The position numbers and the translations under genes were made by a program. The notes under the pieces were generated by a model. That model saw only the letters and a program-made list of their open reading frames with translations, was not told where the DNA came from and searched no databases. Of a stretch of 64,000 nucleotides of DNA, positions 40,991-52,519 are shown one piece after another. Numbering within the stretch: the stretch's first letter is position 1; the number at the start of each line of letters is the position of its first letter. The DNA is taken from positions 128,001 to 192,000 of the forward strand of contig CAWBZI010000001.1 in the NCBI GenBank assembly GCA_963793265.1, given 5' to 3'. The stretch is from an uncultured cyanobacterium. GTDB taxonomy: Bacteria; Cyanobacteriota; Cyanobacteriia; Phormidesmidales; Phormidesmidaceae.

Positions 40991-42400
40991 TTGGACTCCA
41001 ACCTGACTAGCGGCACCCTCCAAATCTTCTCTCGCATTTTTTCCGTACGCGGCTGGGCCTTAGAAGCCCGGCTGCTGCGGTGGATGACGCTGCTGTGGGT
41101 CTGCATCGGCATGGTGATTTTGTTTTCGGCCTCTTACCCGGTAGCCGAAGCAGACCCGCAGCTAGACGGAACGCATTACTTCAAAGTTCAGCTGATTTGG
41201 GTGCTCGTTGGCCTGGTGATCTCTCGCTGGATTACCCGCCATCCCATTCAAAAGATGATGCGGATGTCGGGCTTTTTGCTGCTGATTTGTATGCTGATGG
41301 TCATGGCCACGCATATTCCAGGCGTCGGCATTTCAGTAAATGGGGCGACTCGCTGGCTACCCTTTGGCCCGTTTTTGATTCAGCCCTCAGAGCTGATGAA
41401 GCCTTTTTTGGTGATGCACAGCGCTCAGCTATTTGGAAAATGGCATAAGCTAACCAATCAAACGCGGCTGACCTGGCTCGGCATTTTTACGGGCGGACTA
41501 CTGCTGATTTTGGCGCAGCCTAACTTGAGCACCACGGCGGTTTGTGGCATCACAATTTGGCTAATTGCACTCGCTGCTGGGATTCCTTACCGGCAGCTCA
41601 TGATCACAGCGGGAACTGGGCTGATGGCGGCAGTGCTGAGCGTGAGCATTAAGTCTTATCAGCGCGAGCGCATCATCTCTTTTATCAATCCGTGGGCTGA
41701 TCCTAGCGATACCGGCTTTCAGCTCATCCAGAGCATCCTTGCCATTGGCTCCGGCGGGGTAGGCGGCACTGGCTACGGCCTGTCCGTTCAAAAGCTTTAT
41801 TTCCTGCCGATTCAGTACACCGACTTCATTTTCTCAGTCTTCGCTGAAGAATTTGGCTTTATCGGCTGCATTATGCTGCTGTTGTTCCTGGCGGTTTATA
41901 GTACGGTCGCGCTGATGGTGGCTATTCAGGCCAAAAAGACCGTTCACCGCTTAGTGGCGATTGGCTGCATGGTGCTACTTGTGGGCCAGTCGCTGATTAA
42001 CATCGGCGTCGCTACTGGGAGTATGCCGACCACCGGACTGCCGTTCCCCATGTTCAGCTATGGCGGTAGCTCTATGATTGCCAGCCTGATTACAGCGGGC
42101 GTTTTGATCCGCGTGGCCAGAGAGTCTAGAGATGCCGAAGTGCTGACGCTTAGAAGAATTGAGCAAACGCTAGAGCGAACGGCCCGCCGCAGAACGAATC
42201 AGGTGAAGAAGAAGGTGCAGACCCCCTTTGCCCAAAGCGGCGAGCTAAAGAAGTTAACTAAAGCCTCTACTGAGAAAGACTTGCGGACGGCGCATAATCT
42301 GCTTAAAGCACCCGTTGGACGGGTCAAAAAAGCCTCGCTGGCGGCAGAGGGCCAAAAGGATCAGGAAAAGGCACCTGCCGAGAGCAATTTAATCGAATAG
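40991..42400 (+). CDS. ftsW: FtsW/RodA (SEDS) peptidoglycan glycosyltransferase
   Basis: NGATRW, QPSEL-K, QPNLST, SYQRERI, TDFIF, PTTGLPFPMFSYGGSS; long basic C-terminal tail. Confidence 0.9.
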   Translation: MDSNLTSGTLQIFSRIFSVRGWALEARLLRWMTLLWVCIGMVILFSASYPVAEADPQLDGTHYFKVQLIWVLVGLVISRWITRHPIQKMMRMSGFLLLICMLMVMATHIPGVGISVNGATRWLPFGPFLIQPSELMKPFLVMHSAQLFGKWHKLTNQTRLTWLGIFTGGLLLILAQPNLSTTAVCGITIWLIALAAGIPYRQLMITAGTGLMAAVLSVSIKSYQRERIISFINPWADPSDTGFQLIQSILAIGSGGVGGTGYGLSVQKLYFLPIQYTDFIFSVFAEEFGFIGCIMLLLFLAVYSTVALMVAIQAKKTVHRLVAIGCMVLLVGQSLINIGVATGSMPTTGLPFPMFSYGGSSMIASLITAGVLIRVARESRDAEVLTLRRIEQTLERTARRRTNQVKKKVQTPFAQSGELKKLTKASTEKDLRTAHNLLKAPVGRVKKASLAAEGQKDQEKAPAESNLIE

Positions 42401-42490
42401 ATCACATTGTCAAACTAAATCAAAAGCTACAGGCGTTAGCAGTTCGATACAATTGAGAGTATATACCTGCTAATTTTTCGGCCAATTCTT

Positions 42491-43231
42491 ATGGGCGAAC
42501 GCCTCCAACTTTTTTTATATCACCTCAGCCAGCAGGCCAACGGCTGGGTAGAAGGACAGCTTGGCCATTTGAGCTTTTCTAGTATTGGCATCATTGCCGC
42601 TGCTGGGCTGCTCACCAGCCTGACGCCCTGTATGCTCTCAATGCTACCGATTACGGTGGGATATATGGGTAGCTATGAGCTAGAAAATCGCTGGCAGGCG
42701 GTAGGACAGTCGGTTTGGTTTGCCACCGGCCTGGCGACGACGCTGGCTGTATTGGGCTTGTTGGCGAGTAGTTTGGGCTGGGTGTATGGGCAAATCGGGG
42801 TCGGTTTGCCGATTGTGGTGAGTGCGATCGCAATTCTGATGGGCCTAAACCTACTAGAAGCGCTACCATTACCACCGCTACCTTCTTTCAACGGCACAGA
42901 TTTTCTAGAGAAAAACATTCCACGTTCTGCCAAGTCTTACCTGCTCGGGCTGACGTTTGGCCTGGTGGCCTCACCCTGTAGCACCCCGGTTTTAGCCACG
43001 CTGCTTGCCTGGGTCGGTGAAAAAGGAGATCCGGTATTAGGCGCTTCCTTACTACTGGCCTACACCGTTGGCTACGTAGCCCCGCTAATGCTAGCTGGTA
43101 TTTTCACCGCCTCTATTAAGCGCATTTTAGAACTCCGCCGCTGGTCAGGATGGATAACACCCGCAAGCGGTGTACTGCTCGTCGGTTTTGGTCTGTTCTC
43201 TCTGGTCACCCGGCTCTTGCCCGTCGCCTAA
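42491..43231 (+). CDS. ccdA: Cytochrome c biogenesis protein CcdA
   Basis: [12 protein letters not shown] and ASPCSTPVL Cys motifs. Confidence 0.92.
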   Translation: MGERLQLFLYHLSQQANGWVEGQLGHLSFSSIGIIAAAGLLTSLTPCMLSMLPITVGYMGSYELENRWQAVGQSVWFATGLATTLAVLGLLASSLGWVYGQIGVGLPIVVSAIAILMGLNLLEALPLPPLPSFNGTDFLEKNIPRSAKSYLLGLTFGLVASPCSTPVLATLLAWVGEKGDPVLGASLLLAYTVGYVAPLMLAGIFTASIKRILELRRWSGWITPASGVLLVGFGLFSLVTRLLPVA

Positions 43232-43245
43232 CCACCTTTTTTCTT

Positions 43246-44667
43246 ATGTCCAGTGCTGTTGTTGCCACTAAAAGATACTTTCGCAAAGAGCTGATTCCTT
43301 TACTAGCTGATCTGAAGCTGGCGATTGGACTGCTGCTGGCGATCGCACTATTCAGCATCAGTGGCACCGTCATCGAACAGGGTCAGGGCCTCGCCTTCTA
43401 CCAGGAAAACTATCCCGAAAGCCCCGCCCTTTTTGGCTTCCTCACCTGGAAATTTATTCTCATTGTTGGGCTCAATCACGTTTACAGTACGTGGTGGTTC
43501 CTCGCCATTCTCATTCTGTTTGGCGCGAGTCTCACCGCCTGCACCTTCACCCGACAAATCACCGCGCTGCGCTGGTTCTCACGCACCTGGAACTTTTACA
43601 GCAAGCCGCGTCAGTTTGGCAAAATGGCGCTGAGTACTGAGTTGGATATGGGGCTAGAAGAAGGTTCGATAGAGGCGCTGAAGGCAAAGCTGGGCAATCG
43701 CCGCTACCGAATATTTGAAAAGGCAAACGAAACGCCTGCTGGCGATCAGCCTATGCTGTATGCCCACAAAGGCATCATCGGACGAATTGGCCCGATTGTC
43801 GTTCATGCCAGCATGTTACTGATTCTCATTGGTGCAATCATTGGGGCCATGACCGGCTTTTTTGCCCAAGAAATGGTGCCGAGCGGCGAAACTTTTAGAA
43901 TTCAGAATGTCTTTGAAGCCGGGCCTTGGGCGGCCTCTCAAGTGCCCAAAGACTGGTCAGTCAAAGTCAATCGCTTTTGGATCGATTACTCTCCTGAAGG
44001 CCGCGTCGATCAGTTCTACTCCGATCTTTCGGTACTCGACGACAGCGGTGAAGAAGTTAAGCGAAAAACTATCTGGGTCAATCAGCCCCTACGCTACAAA
44101 AACGTCACGCTCTATCAGGCCGACTGGTCAGTTGCCGCTGTGAGAGTCAGGCTGAACAACAGCCCGGTTTTCAACTTGCCCATGGCCCCGCTACAGACAG
44201 ATAGCGGCAAGGTGTGGGGCACTTGGGTACCTACCAAACCCGACATGAGTGAAGGCGTTTCGCTGGTAGCCCAAGACTTGCAAGGTACGCTGCTGGTGTA
44301 TGACATGAGCGGGCAGCTGGTGTCTACAGTGCGCGAAGGAGGCAGGGCGCAGGTAAACGGGGTGACGATGTTTGTTGATGAGCTGATTGGTAGCACGGGC
44401 CTGCAAATTAAAGCAGATCCAGGGATTCCGGTAGTGTATTTAGGCTTTGGGCTGCTGATGGTCGGCGTGATGATGAGCTACGTTTCGCACTCTCAGGTGT
44501 GGGCGCTGCAAACTGCCGACAAGCTGTATGTAGGCGGCAGAACGAACCGGGCACAGGTTTCTTTTGAGCGCGAATTGCTGGCTATCTTAGATGAGCTGAC
44601 ACAGGCTGAGGACGTTAAGACGAAGCCGGAAGCGGCGGCTTTAGCGGCTACCGCGTCTTTTAAGTAA
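43246..44667 (+). CDS. ccsB: Cytochrome c biogenesis protein CcsB/Ccs1 (ResB)
   Basis: [44 protein letters not shown]; start taken at ATG 43246. Confidence 0.92.
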   Translation: MSSAVVATKRYFRKELIPLLADLKLAIGLLLAIALFSISGTVIEQGQGLAFYQENYPESPALFGFLTWKFILIVGLNHVYSTWWFLAILILFGASLTACTFTRQITALRWFSRTWNFYSKPRQFGKMALSTELDMGLEEGSIEALKAKLGNRRYRIFEKANETPAGDQPMLYAHKGIIGRIGPIVVHASMLLILIGAIIGAMTGFFAQEMVPSGETFRIQNVFEAGPWAASQVPKDWSVKVNRFWIDYSPEGRVDQFYSDLSVLDDSGEEVKRKTIWVNQPLRYKNVTLYQADWSVAAVRVRLNNSPVFNLPMAPLQTDSGKVWGTWVPTKPDMSEGVSLVAQDLQGTLLVYDMSGQLVSTVREGGRAQVNGVTMFVDELIGSTGLQIKADPGIPVVYLGFGLLMVGVMMSYVSHSQVWALQTADKLYVGGRTNRAQVSFERELLAILDELTQAEDVKTKPEAAALAATASFK

Positions 44668-44788
44668 AGTTTGGGTACGCGTTACGCCGTAGTCATGCGT
44701 CAAAGCTCATAGAAGCTTGTTGAAGTTGGCGGCGATCGCTGGCTTAAAATAAGGCGGTTCATCGAGCCTGGGGCCGCTAAACAACGGC

Positions 44789-45280
44789 ATGACGCTATAC
44801 CCAAAAATTCAGAGCAGCCTGCGACTTGGCGTTATTCGGGCCGTTGCCTGGCTGTGTCTGCTCGAAACACTGGCCTTTTCACTCCAAAGCTGTAGCCAAA
44901 GTGAGCTAGCAGGAGACTGCGATCGCCTCCAAAAATCTCTATATACCGCCCCCAACTATAGGGTTTTAAACGCTCTTCAACTGGACCAAGCCGCTGCGAT
45001 CGACGCTTCAAAGCAGCAGGCCATCCTCGCTCAGAAAATAGCTCAAATGCAGATTGACGACGAGACGCTTAGCGCCTATCGCAGCAACTTAGTCGATCTG
45101 TATCTCCACGATAGCGACTTAGGATTACAGGTCGCGTCATTTATGACGGCAGCAGGCGACATTTCAGTGGCAGGCAGCAATCGCACCGCCTACGACCAGG
45201 TCGCCAGCCAAAGAATTATGATTAGTCAGCAGGTGCAAGACCAGCACAATATGATCGCTGGCCATTGCAGTACGCCTTAG
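44789..45280 (+). CDS. Hypothetical lipoprotein-like protein
   Basis: Hydrophobic N-terminus followed by an LQSC lipobox-like motif. Confidence 0.55.
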   Translation: MTLYPKIQSSLRLGVIRAVAWLCLLETLAFSLQSCSQSELAGDCDRLQKSLYTAPNYRVLNALQLDQAAAIDASKQQAILAQKIAQMQIDDETLSAYRSNLVDLYLHDSDLGLQVASFMTAAGDISVAGSNRTAYDQVASQRIMISQQVQDQHNMIAGHCSTP

Positions 45281-45970
45281 TTAGTACGATCTATTGCCGT
45301 GGCGAGATAGAGAGAGCCCTGCGATACCCGTTACAGCAACCAGTCCTAAAACGCTCAGCGGCTCCGGTGTCGTTGCTGTTGGCGCATCATTGGTTGCCAA
45401 AATTTGACCGCGTAGCTCTCCGGGAAAACCCGTGGACGCATCGAAGCGGTTGGTATGCACCTGCACGTAAAGTCCGCCTGTCTTTAGCGTATTGATAAAG
45501 TCAGTCAGCGGCTTGGTGTCGTTAGGATCGCTAAGGCCGTTACCATTCAAGTCGGAGACATCGCTATCGTCCCATACGCCGCTCAATGTGTTGGCTGCAT
45601 AGTCCACAACCAGATCAGCATCGTCTTCAGCGGGCAAGCCGAATATATTGAGCGTATGTGGGCCATTACTCCCAGCAGGCGCGACGTGAATATGAATTTT
45701 ATTGACATCGTTGGGAGCCGTGCGATCGCCCTCAACCAGCTTCTCAACCAAATTTACACCCTCAAACGCAAGCTCGTAAGCAAGCTGAGTTTCATCTTCA
45801 TTCAGCGTAAAGCTGCCTGTACCAACGGCAGTAGAGCCGGTGCCCGGAACCACCTGATCGCCCGTAATATTAGCTGTAAATGTAGCCGCCTGTGCAAGCT
45901 TTGCACTGCCTAATGTGGATGCGATCGCCACGCCACACGCCAGCCAACCTAAGTTCCAGTTACGATTCAT
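45281..45970 (-). CDS. CHRD-domain protein with a PEP-CTERM sorting signal
   Basis: Signal peptide ending AQA; QVVP, IHIH, LYVQVHT, FPGELRGQI; TPEP followed by a TM segment and basic tail. Confidence 0.88.
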   Translation of the reverse strand: MNRNWNLGWLACGVAIASTLGSAKLAQAATFTANITGDQVVPGTGSTAVGTGSFTLNEDETQLAYELAFEGVNLVEKLVEGDRTAPNDVNKIHIHVAPAGSNGPHTLNIFGLPAEDDADLVVDYAANTLSGVWDDSDVSDLNGNGLSDPNDTKPLTDFINTLKTGGLYVQVHTNRFDASTGFPGELRGQILATNDAPTATTPEPLSVLGLVAVTGIAGLSLSRHGNRSY

Positions 45971-46134
45971 CGAAAATCCTATTACTCACACGACTTACTT
46001 CTTTGCAACCCTTAGAAGCTGTTGGGGTACAGCGCTTCTGTAATAGATATTCAATCACTGTAGAATATTCTTTTCAAAAGACCAGCCGTCAATCTCGAAC
46101 TCAGCCACCAGAGCAGTGAGCGCGTATTTTATCC

Positions 46135-46839
46135 ATGCGAATTTTATTAGTAGATGACGAAGTAGAACTCACCGACCCGCTCAGCCGTCTGCTACAGCGG
46201 CAAGGCTACGAGGTGGAAGTGGCCGCAGATGGCCAGGCTGGCTGCGATATGGCGATTAGCAACCACTACGACCTGCTAATTTTGGACTGGATGCTGCCGG
46301 GCAAAAGCGGCTTGGATATTTGTAGGGAAGTGCGATCGCAATCGCAAACCACCCCAGTTTTATTTCTTACCGCCAAAGACACGCTGGATGACCGGGTAGA
46401 TGGATTAGATGCAGGCGCGGACGATTATTTAGTCAAGCCCTTTGAGCTACGTGAGCTGCTTGCTAGAGTGCGGGCGCTCTTACGCCGACCAACTGCGATT
46501 GAGAGTACATCTAGATTAGCAGGCGGCATCGCAGAAGGTGCTTTAGCATGTTCAGATCTCACGCTCAACATAGAAAGTCAGCTAGCCAGTCGCGGGGGGA
46601 AAACAATAGAGCTATCGGAGAAGGAGGTGCAGCTATTGGCTTATTTGATGCGATCGCCCCAGCAGCTACTCACGCATACTCAAATTTACGATGCCGTATG
46701 GGGCAAAGGGGCGACGCCTAATAGCAACGCCCTAGCCGCTCAAATGCGACTGCTACGAAAGAAAATAGAGCAGCCCGATCAGCCTGCCTTGATCCATACG
46801 GTGTATGGCAAAGGCTATCGCTTTGGCGCGGCCTCCTAA
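46135..46839 (+). CDS. OmpR-family response regulator (RppA-like); no adjacent kinase
   Basis: LLVDD, LILDWMLPG, LTAKD, GADDYLVKPF; winged helix ending IHTVYGKGYRF. Confidence 0.92.
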   Translation: MRILLVDDEVELTDPLSRLLQRQGYEVEVAADGQAGCDMAISNHYDLLILDWMLPGKSGLDICREVRSQSQTTPVLFLTAKDTLDDRVDGLDAGADDYLVKPFELRELLARVRALLRRPTAIESTSRLAGGIAEGALACSDLTLNIESQLASRGGKTIELSEKEVQLLAYLMRSPQQLLTHTQIYDAVWGKGATPNSNALAAQMRLLRKKIEQPDQPALIHTVYGKGYRFGAAS

Positions 46840-47141
46840 AATTCAGCCAAAAATTCATCTAGATTTAACTGCCTTAAAAACGCAGTCACTTTTCTTGTTT
46901 GGACGGGCAAATGAACGGGAAATCTTATCTCGGCAGCGATTGTTTACGGGCACAGCCACCCCGAATAATGCCTGAGCGCACCTGTTTTCTCTGTAAAAAT
47001 ACTTAACTATTTATTCTCTGTGAAGTGGGATAAAACACGCAGGATTCTACGTCTACAAAACCAATACGCGTCAAAACGGCGCGATCACATCTGCGTTCAT
47101 CTCTTAAGCGCGCCCTCTTTTCAAGCTAGTGGAAAGCCTAC

Positions 47142-48464
47142 ATGAGCAACAAAAGGAATAGTATCTTTTCAGGTGTTGTCCCGGTAATGGGAGACTCTCA
47201 AACCGTTGTTCCCACCCTTGCTTCCCCAGTCGCAGGCTCTAGAATTCTGACGCAGGCGATCGCTCAAGCCCTAGCCGAAACTAGCCCAACTACGCGCCAC
47301 TCCACCGGCAGCACCCTGCTGGACTCCTTTATTGGCGATGCTGCTCACGACGCGTTTGCTTTGCAAAGGCAGCTCACTAGCCTTAGCTTTGAGCTAAAGC
47401 GCGTTGCTAACCCTAGAATTAGGCGACCGATTGCGCGAGATAAAACCGTCCGAGACAGGCCAATAGCTGAGCAAGCAAGACCTCGCCAGACAAAAAACAG
47501 CGATCGCCCCCAGCCGTCTGCTCAGCCGAGCCAAGCCCTGCCCACCGAAGCCCAAATTATCAGCGCCCAGATCGCTCAGGCTCAGGTCGCAAAAGCACAA
47601 ATTGAGAAGGCTAGAGTTGAAAAAACCCACGCCAGGAAAGCAACTATCCGGCCTTCTCAACCGCAAAAAGTAGCAACCCAGAAAGAAAGCAACCCCTCTC
47701 GGCAACCACTACCTGCGTCACAAAAGAAAGTATACGGCGGCTCTGACTACAAGGCGCTGCAAGCACGAGCGCAGGCAGGCGGCCTCGTTAATCTCGACGA
47801 TTGGCTGCTATTTGGCGGAGCTGATAAGGACAAGCCTATTGGTGGTGACCTGAGCATTCAGCGATCGCAGGCTAGCTCGCACCTCTCAAGCTACCTCAGC
47901 GAGCAGCTTCAAGACTTCACAGCCTCTCCCATTCCAGGCGGCTTTCACGCAACCTTGCACATCGCACAATCTAGTAGCGCCCAACAAGATCAGCATCAAA
48001 CCGTTCTAGGCGTTGATGTCTTCAAGCTCAGCGACTTAACAGCCGATAGCATCCTTGATTTAGTAGACGAGAGAGCTGTAAAGGAAGCAACAGAGAAGCA
48101 AGCAGAAGCGCGAGAAAAGACAGGTGTTGAACCAGTTGAGGTTTTTCGGTCTTCGCCCGAAGCTGTGAGCAACAATCAGCCTGCTGCTTTAGATGAGTTG
48201 AGCAAACAAGTTATCTATCTAAATCAACGAATAGAGTATCTCTCTCAAAAGCTGGCAATGCTCGATGAGGACGGATTGGCAGGCGATCGCACTCACCCGC
48301 CGCAGGCGATTACAGCCACAAAAGCAAATGGGACGCGATCGCGCAGCCACACAAAGGGTTGGAGCCCAGTCGTGCTTGGCACGGAAGTATTTACGCTTGC
48401 CGAAAGTGCCAGCTCACCACAGAAAAGAGTGGCGACTTTGGAATCACTATCGAAAGCGCTCTAA
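47142..48464 (+). CDS. Hypothetical low-complexity protein
   Basis: 440-aa ORF rich in Q/A/S with a coiled-coil segment; no family recognised. Confidence 0.6.
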   Translation: MSNKRNSIFSGVVPVMGDSQTVVPTLASPVAGSRILTQAIAQALAETSPTTRHSTGSTLLDSFIGDAAHDAFALQRQLTSLSFELKRVANPRIRRPIARDKTVRDRPIAEQARPRQTKNSDRPQPSAQPSQALPTEAQIISAQIAQAQVAKAQIEKARVEKTHARKATIRPSQPQKVATQKESNPSRQPLPASQKKVYGGSDYKALQARAQAGGLVNLDDWLLFGGADKDKPIGGDLSIQRSQASSHLSSYLSEQLQDFTASPIPGGFHATLHIAQSSSAQQDQHQTVLGVDVFKLSDLTADSILDLVDERAVKEATEKQAEAREKTGVEPVEVFRSSPEAVSNNQPAALDELSKQVIYLNQRIEYLSQKLAMLDEDGLAGDRTHPPQAITATKANGTRSRSHTKGWSPVVLGTEVFTLAESASSPQKRVATLESLSKAL

Positions 48465-48500
48465 CGGCTAAAGCCAATCACCTAGCCACCCAATAGCGCC

Positions 48501-49562
48501 CTACCGATCGCCATACAAATTGTTGTAATAACCCTTGTACTCCTCAGAAAGCAACGGTTGCCACCACTCACGATTAGATAAATACCACTCAACCGTTTGC
48601 TTTAGCCCCGTCTCAAAGTTGTAGGCAGGCGTCCATCCCAAATCGCGCTCAATCTTAGAAATATCCATCGCATAGCGGCGATCGTGACCAGGGCGATCGG
48701 TCACAAAGGTAATCAAATCGCGTGGCGCGGTAGGCAAGTCTTGAGCCAGCTCACCCATCAAATCACAGAGCTGATAAACAATATCAAGATTCTTTACCTG
48801 ATTGTTGCCGCCGATGTTGTACACATCACCCGGATTTGCCTTTTGTAGCACCGTATCAATCGCCGTACAGTGGTCGCTTACGTGCAGCCAGTCGCGCACG
48901 TTTTGGCCGTCGCCATACACTGGTAAGGGCTTACCCAGCAGAATGTTCAAGCACATTAGCGGAATCAGCTTTTCAGGGAACTGGTATGGGCCGTAGTTGT
49001 TAGAACAGTTTGTGATTAGCGTGGGCATTCCATAGGTGTGGAAGTAGGCGCGCGCTAGGTGGTCGCTACCGGCTTTAGAGGCTGAGTAAGGACTGTTGGG
49101 CGCGTAGGGGGTTGTCTCAGTAAAAGCCGGATCGTCTGCTTCTAAGCTGCCGTATACTTCGTCGGTAGAGACGTGCAAAAATCGGTAGTCTTCGGGCTTG
49201 CCTTTGTCTTGCCAGCGATTGCGAAAGGCTTCTAGCAGCGTAAAGGTGCCGACTACATTCGTTTGCACAAAAGCCGCCGGGCCTAGAATTGAGCGGTCTA
49301 CATGGGATTCGGCAGCGAAGTGAATGACGGTATCAATCTCTTCTTCTTTGAGCACTGAAGCCACCAAGTCGCCATCGCAAATGTCTCCTTTGACCAGGCG
49401 AAATCGGTCTTGGCCTTCTAAATCAGCCAGATTCTCTTTATTTCCGGCATAGCCCAAAATATCGAGGACAATGACCCTTCCATCATGGGTATCACACCAG
49501 TGATGAACAAAGTTAGAACCAATGAATCCGGCACCGCCAGTAATAAGAACGCGTTTTGACAT
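48501..49562 (-). CDS. rfbB: dTDP-glucose 4,6-dehydratase
   Basis: TGGAGFIGS, AAESHVDRSI, STDEVYG, YSASK, NNYGPYQFPEKLIP, DRPGHDRRY. Confidence 0.96.
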   Translation of the reverse strand: MSKRVLITGGAGFIGSNFVHHWCDTHDGRVIVLDILGYAGNKENLADLEGQDRFRLVKGDICDGDLVASVLKEEEIDTVIHFAAESHVDRSILGPAAFVQTNVVGTFTLLEAFRNRWQDKGKPEDYRFLHVSTDEVYGSLEADDPAFTETTPYAPNSPYSASKAGSDHLARAYFHTYGMPTLITNCSNNYGPYQFPEKLIPLMCLNILLGKPLPVYGDGQNVRDWLHVSDHCTAIDTVLQKANPGDVYNIGGNNQVKNLDIVYQLCDLMGELAQDLPTAPRDLITFVTDRPGHDRRYAMDISKIERDLGWTPAYNFETGLKQTVEWYLSNREWWQPLLSEEYKGYYNNLYGDR

Positions 49563-49621
49563 ATTGCTTTAGAGATGAGTGAAAAGATAGTTGAACAGAA
49601 AGAATTTGCTAAAAAGAGAAA

Positions 49622-50698
49622 TTATGTAAGTTCGATTTTTGAGTCGTCACCGACCATAAATCTCAGCGCTTTAGGACGATGCTCGGTAATCGTGAGCTTG
49701 GCGCGCTCGCCAATGAGGCTATCGACAATGCGTCTTTGAATGCCCGCAATAGTGGCTCCTTGCAGTACAACGCTGTGGTCAATTTCAATATTGCTCATGC
49801 TCACCCCATCAGCAATGCTGGTGTAGGAGCCTACAAAGCAGTTTTCAAGTACGCAGTTTTCGCCAATGACAACTGGGCCGCGCACGGTGCAGTTAATGAG
49901 CCTTGAGCCTTTGCCAATCACCGCTCTACCGCTGACTTTGCTCTGCTCGTCTACATCCCCGAGCACTTTTGCCTCAGTCAGATACTCATCTAAAATGATG
50001 CGGTTGGCTTCTAGCAAATCGTCTTTTTTACCTGTGTCTAGCCACCAGCCAGAAAGCTCTTTGGCTTCAACAGGCTGTTTAGAGATGATGAGCTGCTGAA
50101 TGGCGTCTGTAATTTCTAGTTCGCCGCGAGCAGAGGGTTTGATTTGGGCGATCGCCTGATGAATCTCAGGTGAAAACAAATACACCCCTACCAAAGCCAA
50201 ATTCGACGGCGGATCTTTAGGCTTCTCCACCAGCTTAATCACACTGCCGTCAGCAGCAATCTGGGCGACGCCAAACGCAGTGGGATTCGCCACCTGCTTC
50301 AGCATAATAATCGCGCCCAACGGCTTTTTCTTAAAGTCAGCAACAAACTCTACGAGCTGATCTTGAATCAGGTTGTCGCCTAAATACATCACGAATGGAG
50401 AATCACCGAGGAAAGGCTGGGCGATTTTTACAGCGTGCGCTAGACCATCAGGACTTTCTTGGGGAATATAAGTAATGCTTGCGCCAAACTTATCTCCCGT
50501 GCCTGTTTTCTTTTCAATTTCAGGCCCAGTCTCAGGGCTCACGATAATACCGATGTCAGTAATGCCAGCCGCAACAAGACTTTCGATGCCGTACCAAAGA
50601 ATCGGCTTATTGGCGACCGGCACAAGCTGCTTTGCACCCGTATAGGTGAGCGGTCTTAGCCGAGTGCCTTTACCGCCCGATAAAATTAATGCTTTCAT
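49622..50698 (-). CDS. rfbA: Glucose-1-phosphate thymidylyltransferase (long form)
   Basis: GGKGTRLRPLT, KQLVPVANKP, LGDN, EKP, SARGELEITDA, WLDTG; C-terminal hexapeptide repeats. Confidence 0.94.
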   Translation of the reverse strand: MKALILSGGKGTRLRPLTYTGAKQLVPVANKPILWYGIESLVAAGITDIGIIVSPETGPEIEKKTGTGDKFGASITYIPQESPDGLAHAVKIAQPFLGDSPFVMYLGDNLIQDQLVEFVADFKKKPLGAIIMLKQVANPTAFGVAQIAADGSVIKLVEKPKDPPSNLALVGVYLFSPEIHQAIAQIKPSARGELEITDAIQQLIISKQPVEAKELSGWWLDTGKKDDLLEANRIILDEYLTEAKVLGDVDEQSKVSGRAVIGKGSRLINCTVRGPVVIGENCVLENCFVGSYTSIADGVSMSNIEIDHSVVLQGATIAGIQRRIVDSLIGERAKLTITEHRPKALRFMVGDDSKIELT

Positions 50699-50740
50699 GT
50701 ATTCTCCCTTCAGGTCGTAATCTGGTAATAAAGTTGTTTT

Positions 50741-51700
50741 TTATGTAGCTGAAGTAGGCTGCGATACCTGGGTTTGGGCGGCTTCAGTCCGCGCGTAATC
50801 TTTGAGCATTGCTCGCAGGCTCGATCGCCAGTAAGGCGGGCTATGTTCTAACGTTCGAGCGAGCTTCTGAGTGCTCAGGACAGAATAGGCCGGTCTTTGA
50901 GCTGGCGTGGGATAGTCGGCGGTGGTGATGGGATTCACCTCCTGAATTTGTAGCGGGATGCCGAGTGCTTTGGCTTCTTCAAAAATGGCCACAGCAAAGT
51001 CGTACCAGCTTGCAACGCCGCTATTTGTGAAGTGGTAGGTGCCAGCTATCTCTGTAGGCTCGCTGATTAATTTTGAGGCGAGCTGAACAATGGCATCGGC
51101 AATGTCTTTGGCCCAAGTCGGCGAACCAATTTGATCGGCAACAACGCTGAGCGAGTCTCGTGATTTTCCCAGCCTCAGCATGGTCTTTAAAAAGTTGCCT
51201 TTGCCTTCGGTGCCATACACCCAAGCCGTTCTCAAAATCACGTGCGCTTCTAACGCTTCGCGAATAGCCTGTTCTCCGGCTAGCTTCGTTTTGCCATAAG
51301 CACTAATCGGGCCAGTAGCGTCTGTTTCACTACGCGGGGAACCCTCAGTGCCAGCAAATACGTAGTCTGTCGAAATGTGCACCAGCTTAGCGCCACACTT
51401 AGCGGCTGATTCAGCTAAAACCTTTGGCGCTTCGGCATTGAGGCGATAGGCCAAATCGTACTCAGTTTCAGCTTTGTCCACAGCGGTGTAGGCGGCGGCG
51501 TTGATGATGAGGCGAGGCTGTAAGGTGGCGATGGTTTGGGCGATCGCATCCAAATCTGTCAAGTCCAACTGCGATCGCCCTACCGCCGTCACCTCTCCCA
51601 GCTCAGGCACACTCGCCAGCGCCTTCACCAGCTCCTGTCCCACCTGACCGCGTGCGCCTACGAGTAAGATCTTCGGTGAAGTATCGTTGCGATCGCTCAT
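50741..51700 (-). CDS. rfbD: dTDP-4-dehydrorhamnose reductase
   Basis: GARGQVG, NAAAYTAVDKAE, ISTDYVF, YGKTKLAGE, DQIGSPT. Confidence 0.95.
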   Translation of the reverse strand: MSDRNDTSPKILLVGARGQVGQELVKALASVPELGEVTAVGRSQLDLTDLDAIAQTIATLQPRLIINAAAYTAVDKAETEYDLAYRLNAEAPKVLAESAAKCGAKLVHISTDYVFAGTEGSPRSETDATGPISAYGKTKLAGEQAIREALEAHVILRTAWVYGTEGKGNFLKTMLRLGKSRDSLSVVADQIGSPTWAKDIADAIVQLASKLISEPTEIAGTYHFTNSGVASWYDFAVAIFEEAKALGIPLQIQEVNPITTADYPTPAQRPAYSVLSTQKLARTLEHSPPYWRSSLRAMLKDYARTEAAQTQVSQPTSAT

Positions 51701-52275
51701 TATGCAGGCTCCTGTGAGAAGTCTGCATAATCGACCAAATCCGCAGATTCTAAGGTATCACCAGCAGCATCCTTACCCGATAAAATCGGCGTTTGATCGG
51801 CGGTGGGCCACTGAATATTGAGTGTAGGATCGTTCCAAACAATGCTGCGCTCATGCTCTGGAGAGTAGAAGTCAGTTGCTTTGTAGAGTACATCAGCTTT
51901 TTCAGAAAGCACATAAAAACCGTGGGCAAATCCAGGCGGAATCCATAGCTGCTTTTTGTTCTCTGCGCTCAAGATTTTGCCGACAGACTTACCAAACGTA
52001 GGCGAACCCTGGCGAATATCCACAGCGACATCATAGATGCTGCCAATGGCGACTCTAACTAGCTTGCCTTGAGCGTTTCGTACCTGATAGTGCAGCCCGC
52101 GCAAAATATTAGACACCGAACTTGAATGATTGTCTTGAACAAAATCGTAGTGTGTGCCGATAGCTTCATCAAAAGCCCGCTGGTTGAAGCTTTCCAAAAA
52201 GAAACCGCGTTCATCTTGAAAAACCCGAGGCTCGATCACCAGCACCTCGGGAATTTTGGTTTGCGTAATCTGCAT
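51700..52275 (-). CDS. rfbC: dTDP-4-dehydrorhamnose 3,5-epimerase
   Basis: DERGFFLE, QDNHS, LRGLHYQ, QGKLV, GFAHGF; start taken at ATG 52275. Confidence 0.95.
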   Translation of the reverse strand: MQITQTKIPEVLVIEPRVFQDERGFFLESFNQRAFDEAIGTHYDFVQDNHSSSVSNILRGLHYQVRNAQGKLVRVAIGSIYDVAVDIRQGSPTFGKSVGKILSAENKKQLWIPPGFAHGFYVLSEKADVLYKATDFYSPEHERSIVWNDPTLNIQWPTADQTPILSGKDAAGDTLESADLVDYADFSQEPA

Positions 52276-52519
52276 GGGGCTAAAGCTCTTATCCGCATAA
52301 TCTACTAAGATGTACCGCATTTAAAGCATTTAGACGCATCAAATTTGCGGAGATTCATCGAATCTTGAAAAAATATGAAGCTAACCGACTAAGGCCCTAT
52401 CAAGACAAGTATCAGCGCTGTTACGGACAGCTCATACGTACAAGTCAAACCCCTATCACCACGCCCTCTCAAGCGGGAAAACTGAGTTTAGATTTAGTTT
52501 TTAAACCCGGTGGTTCCTT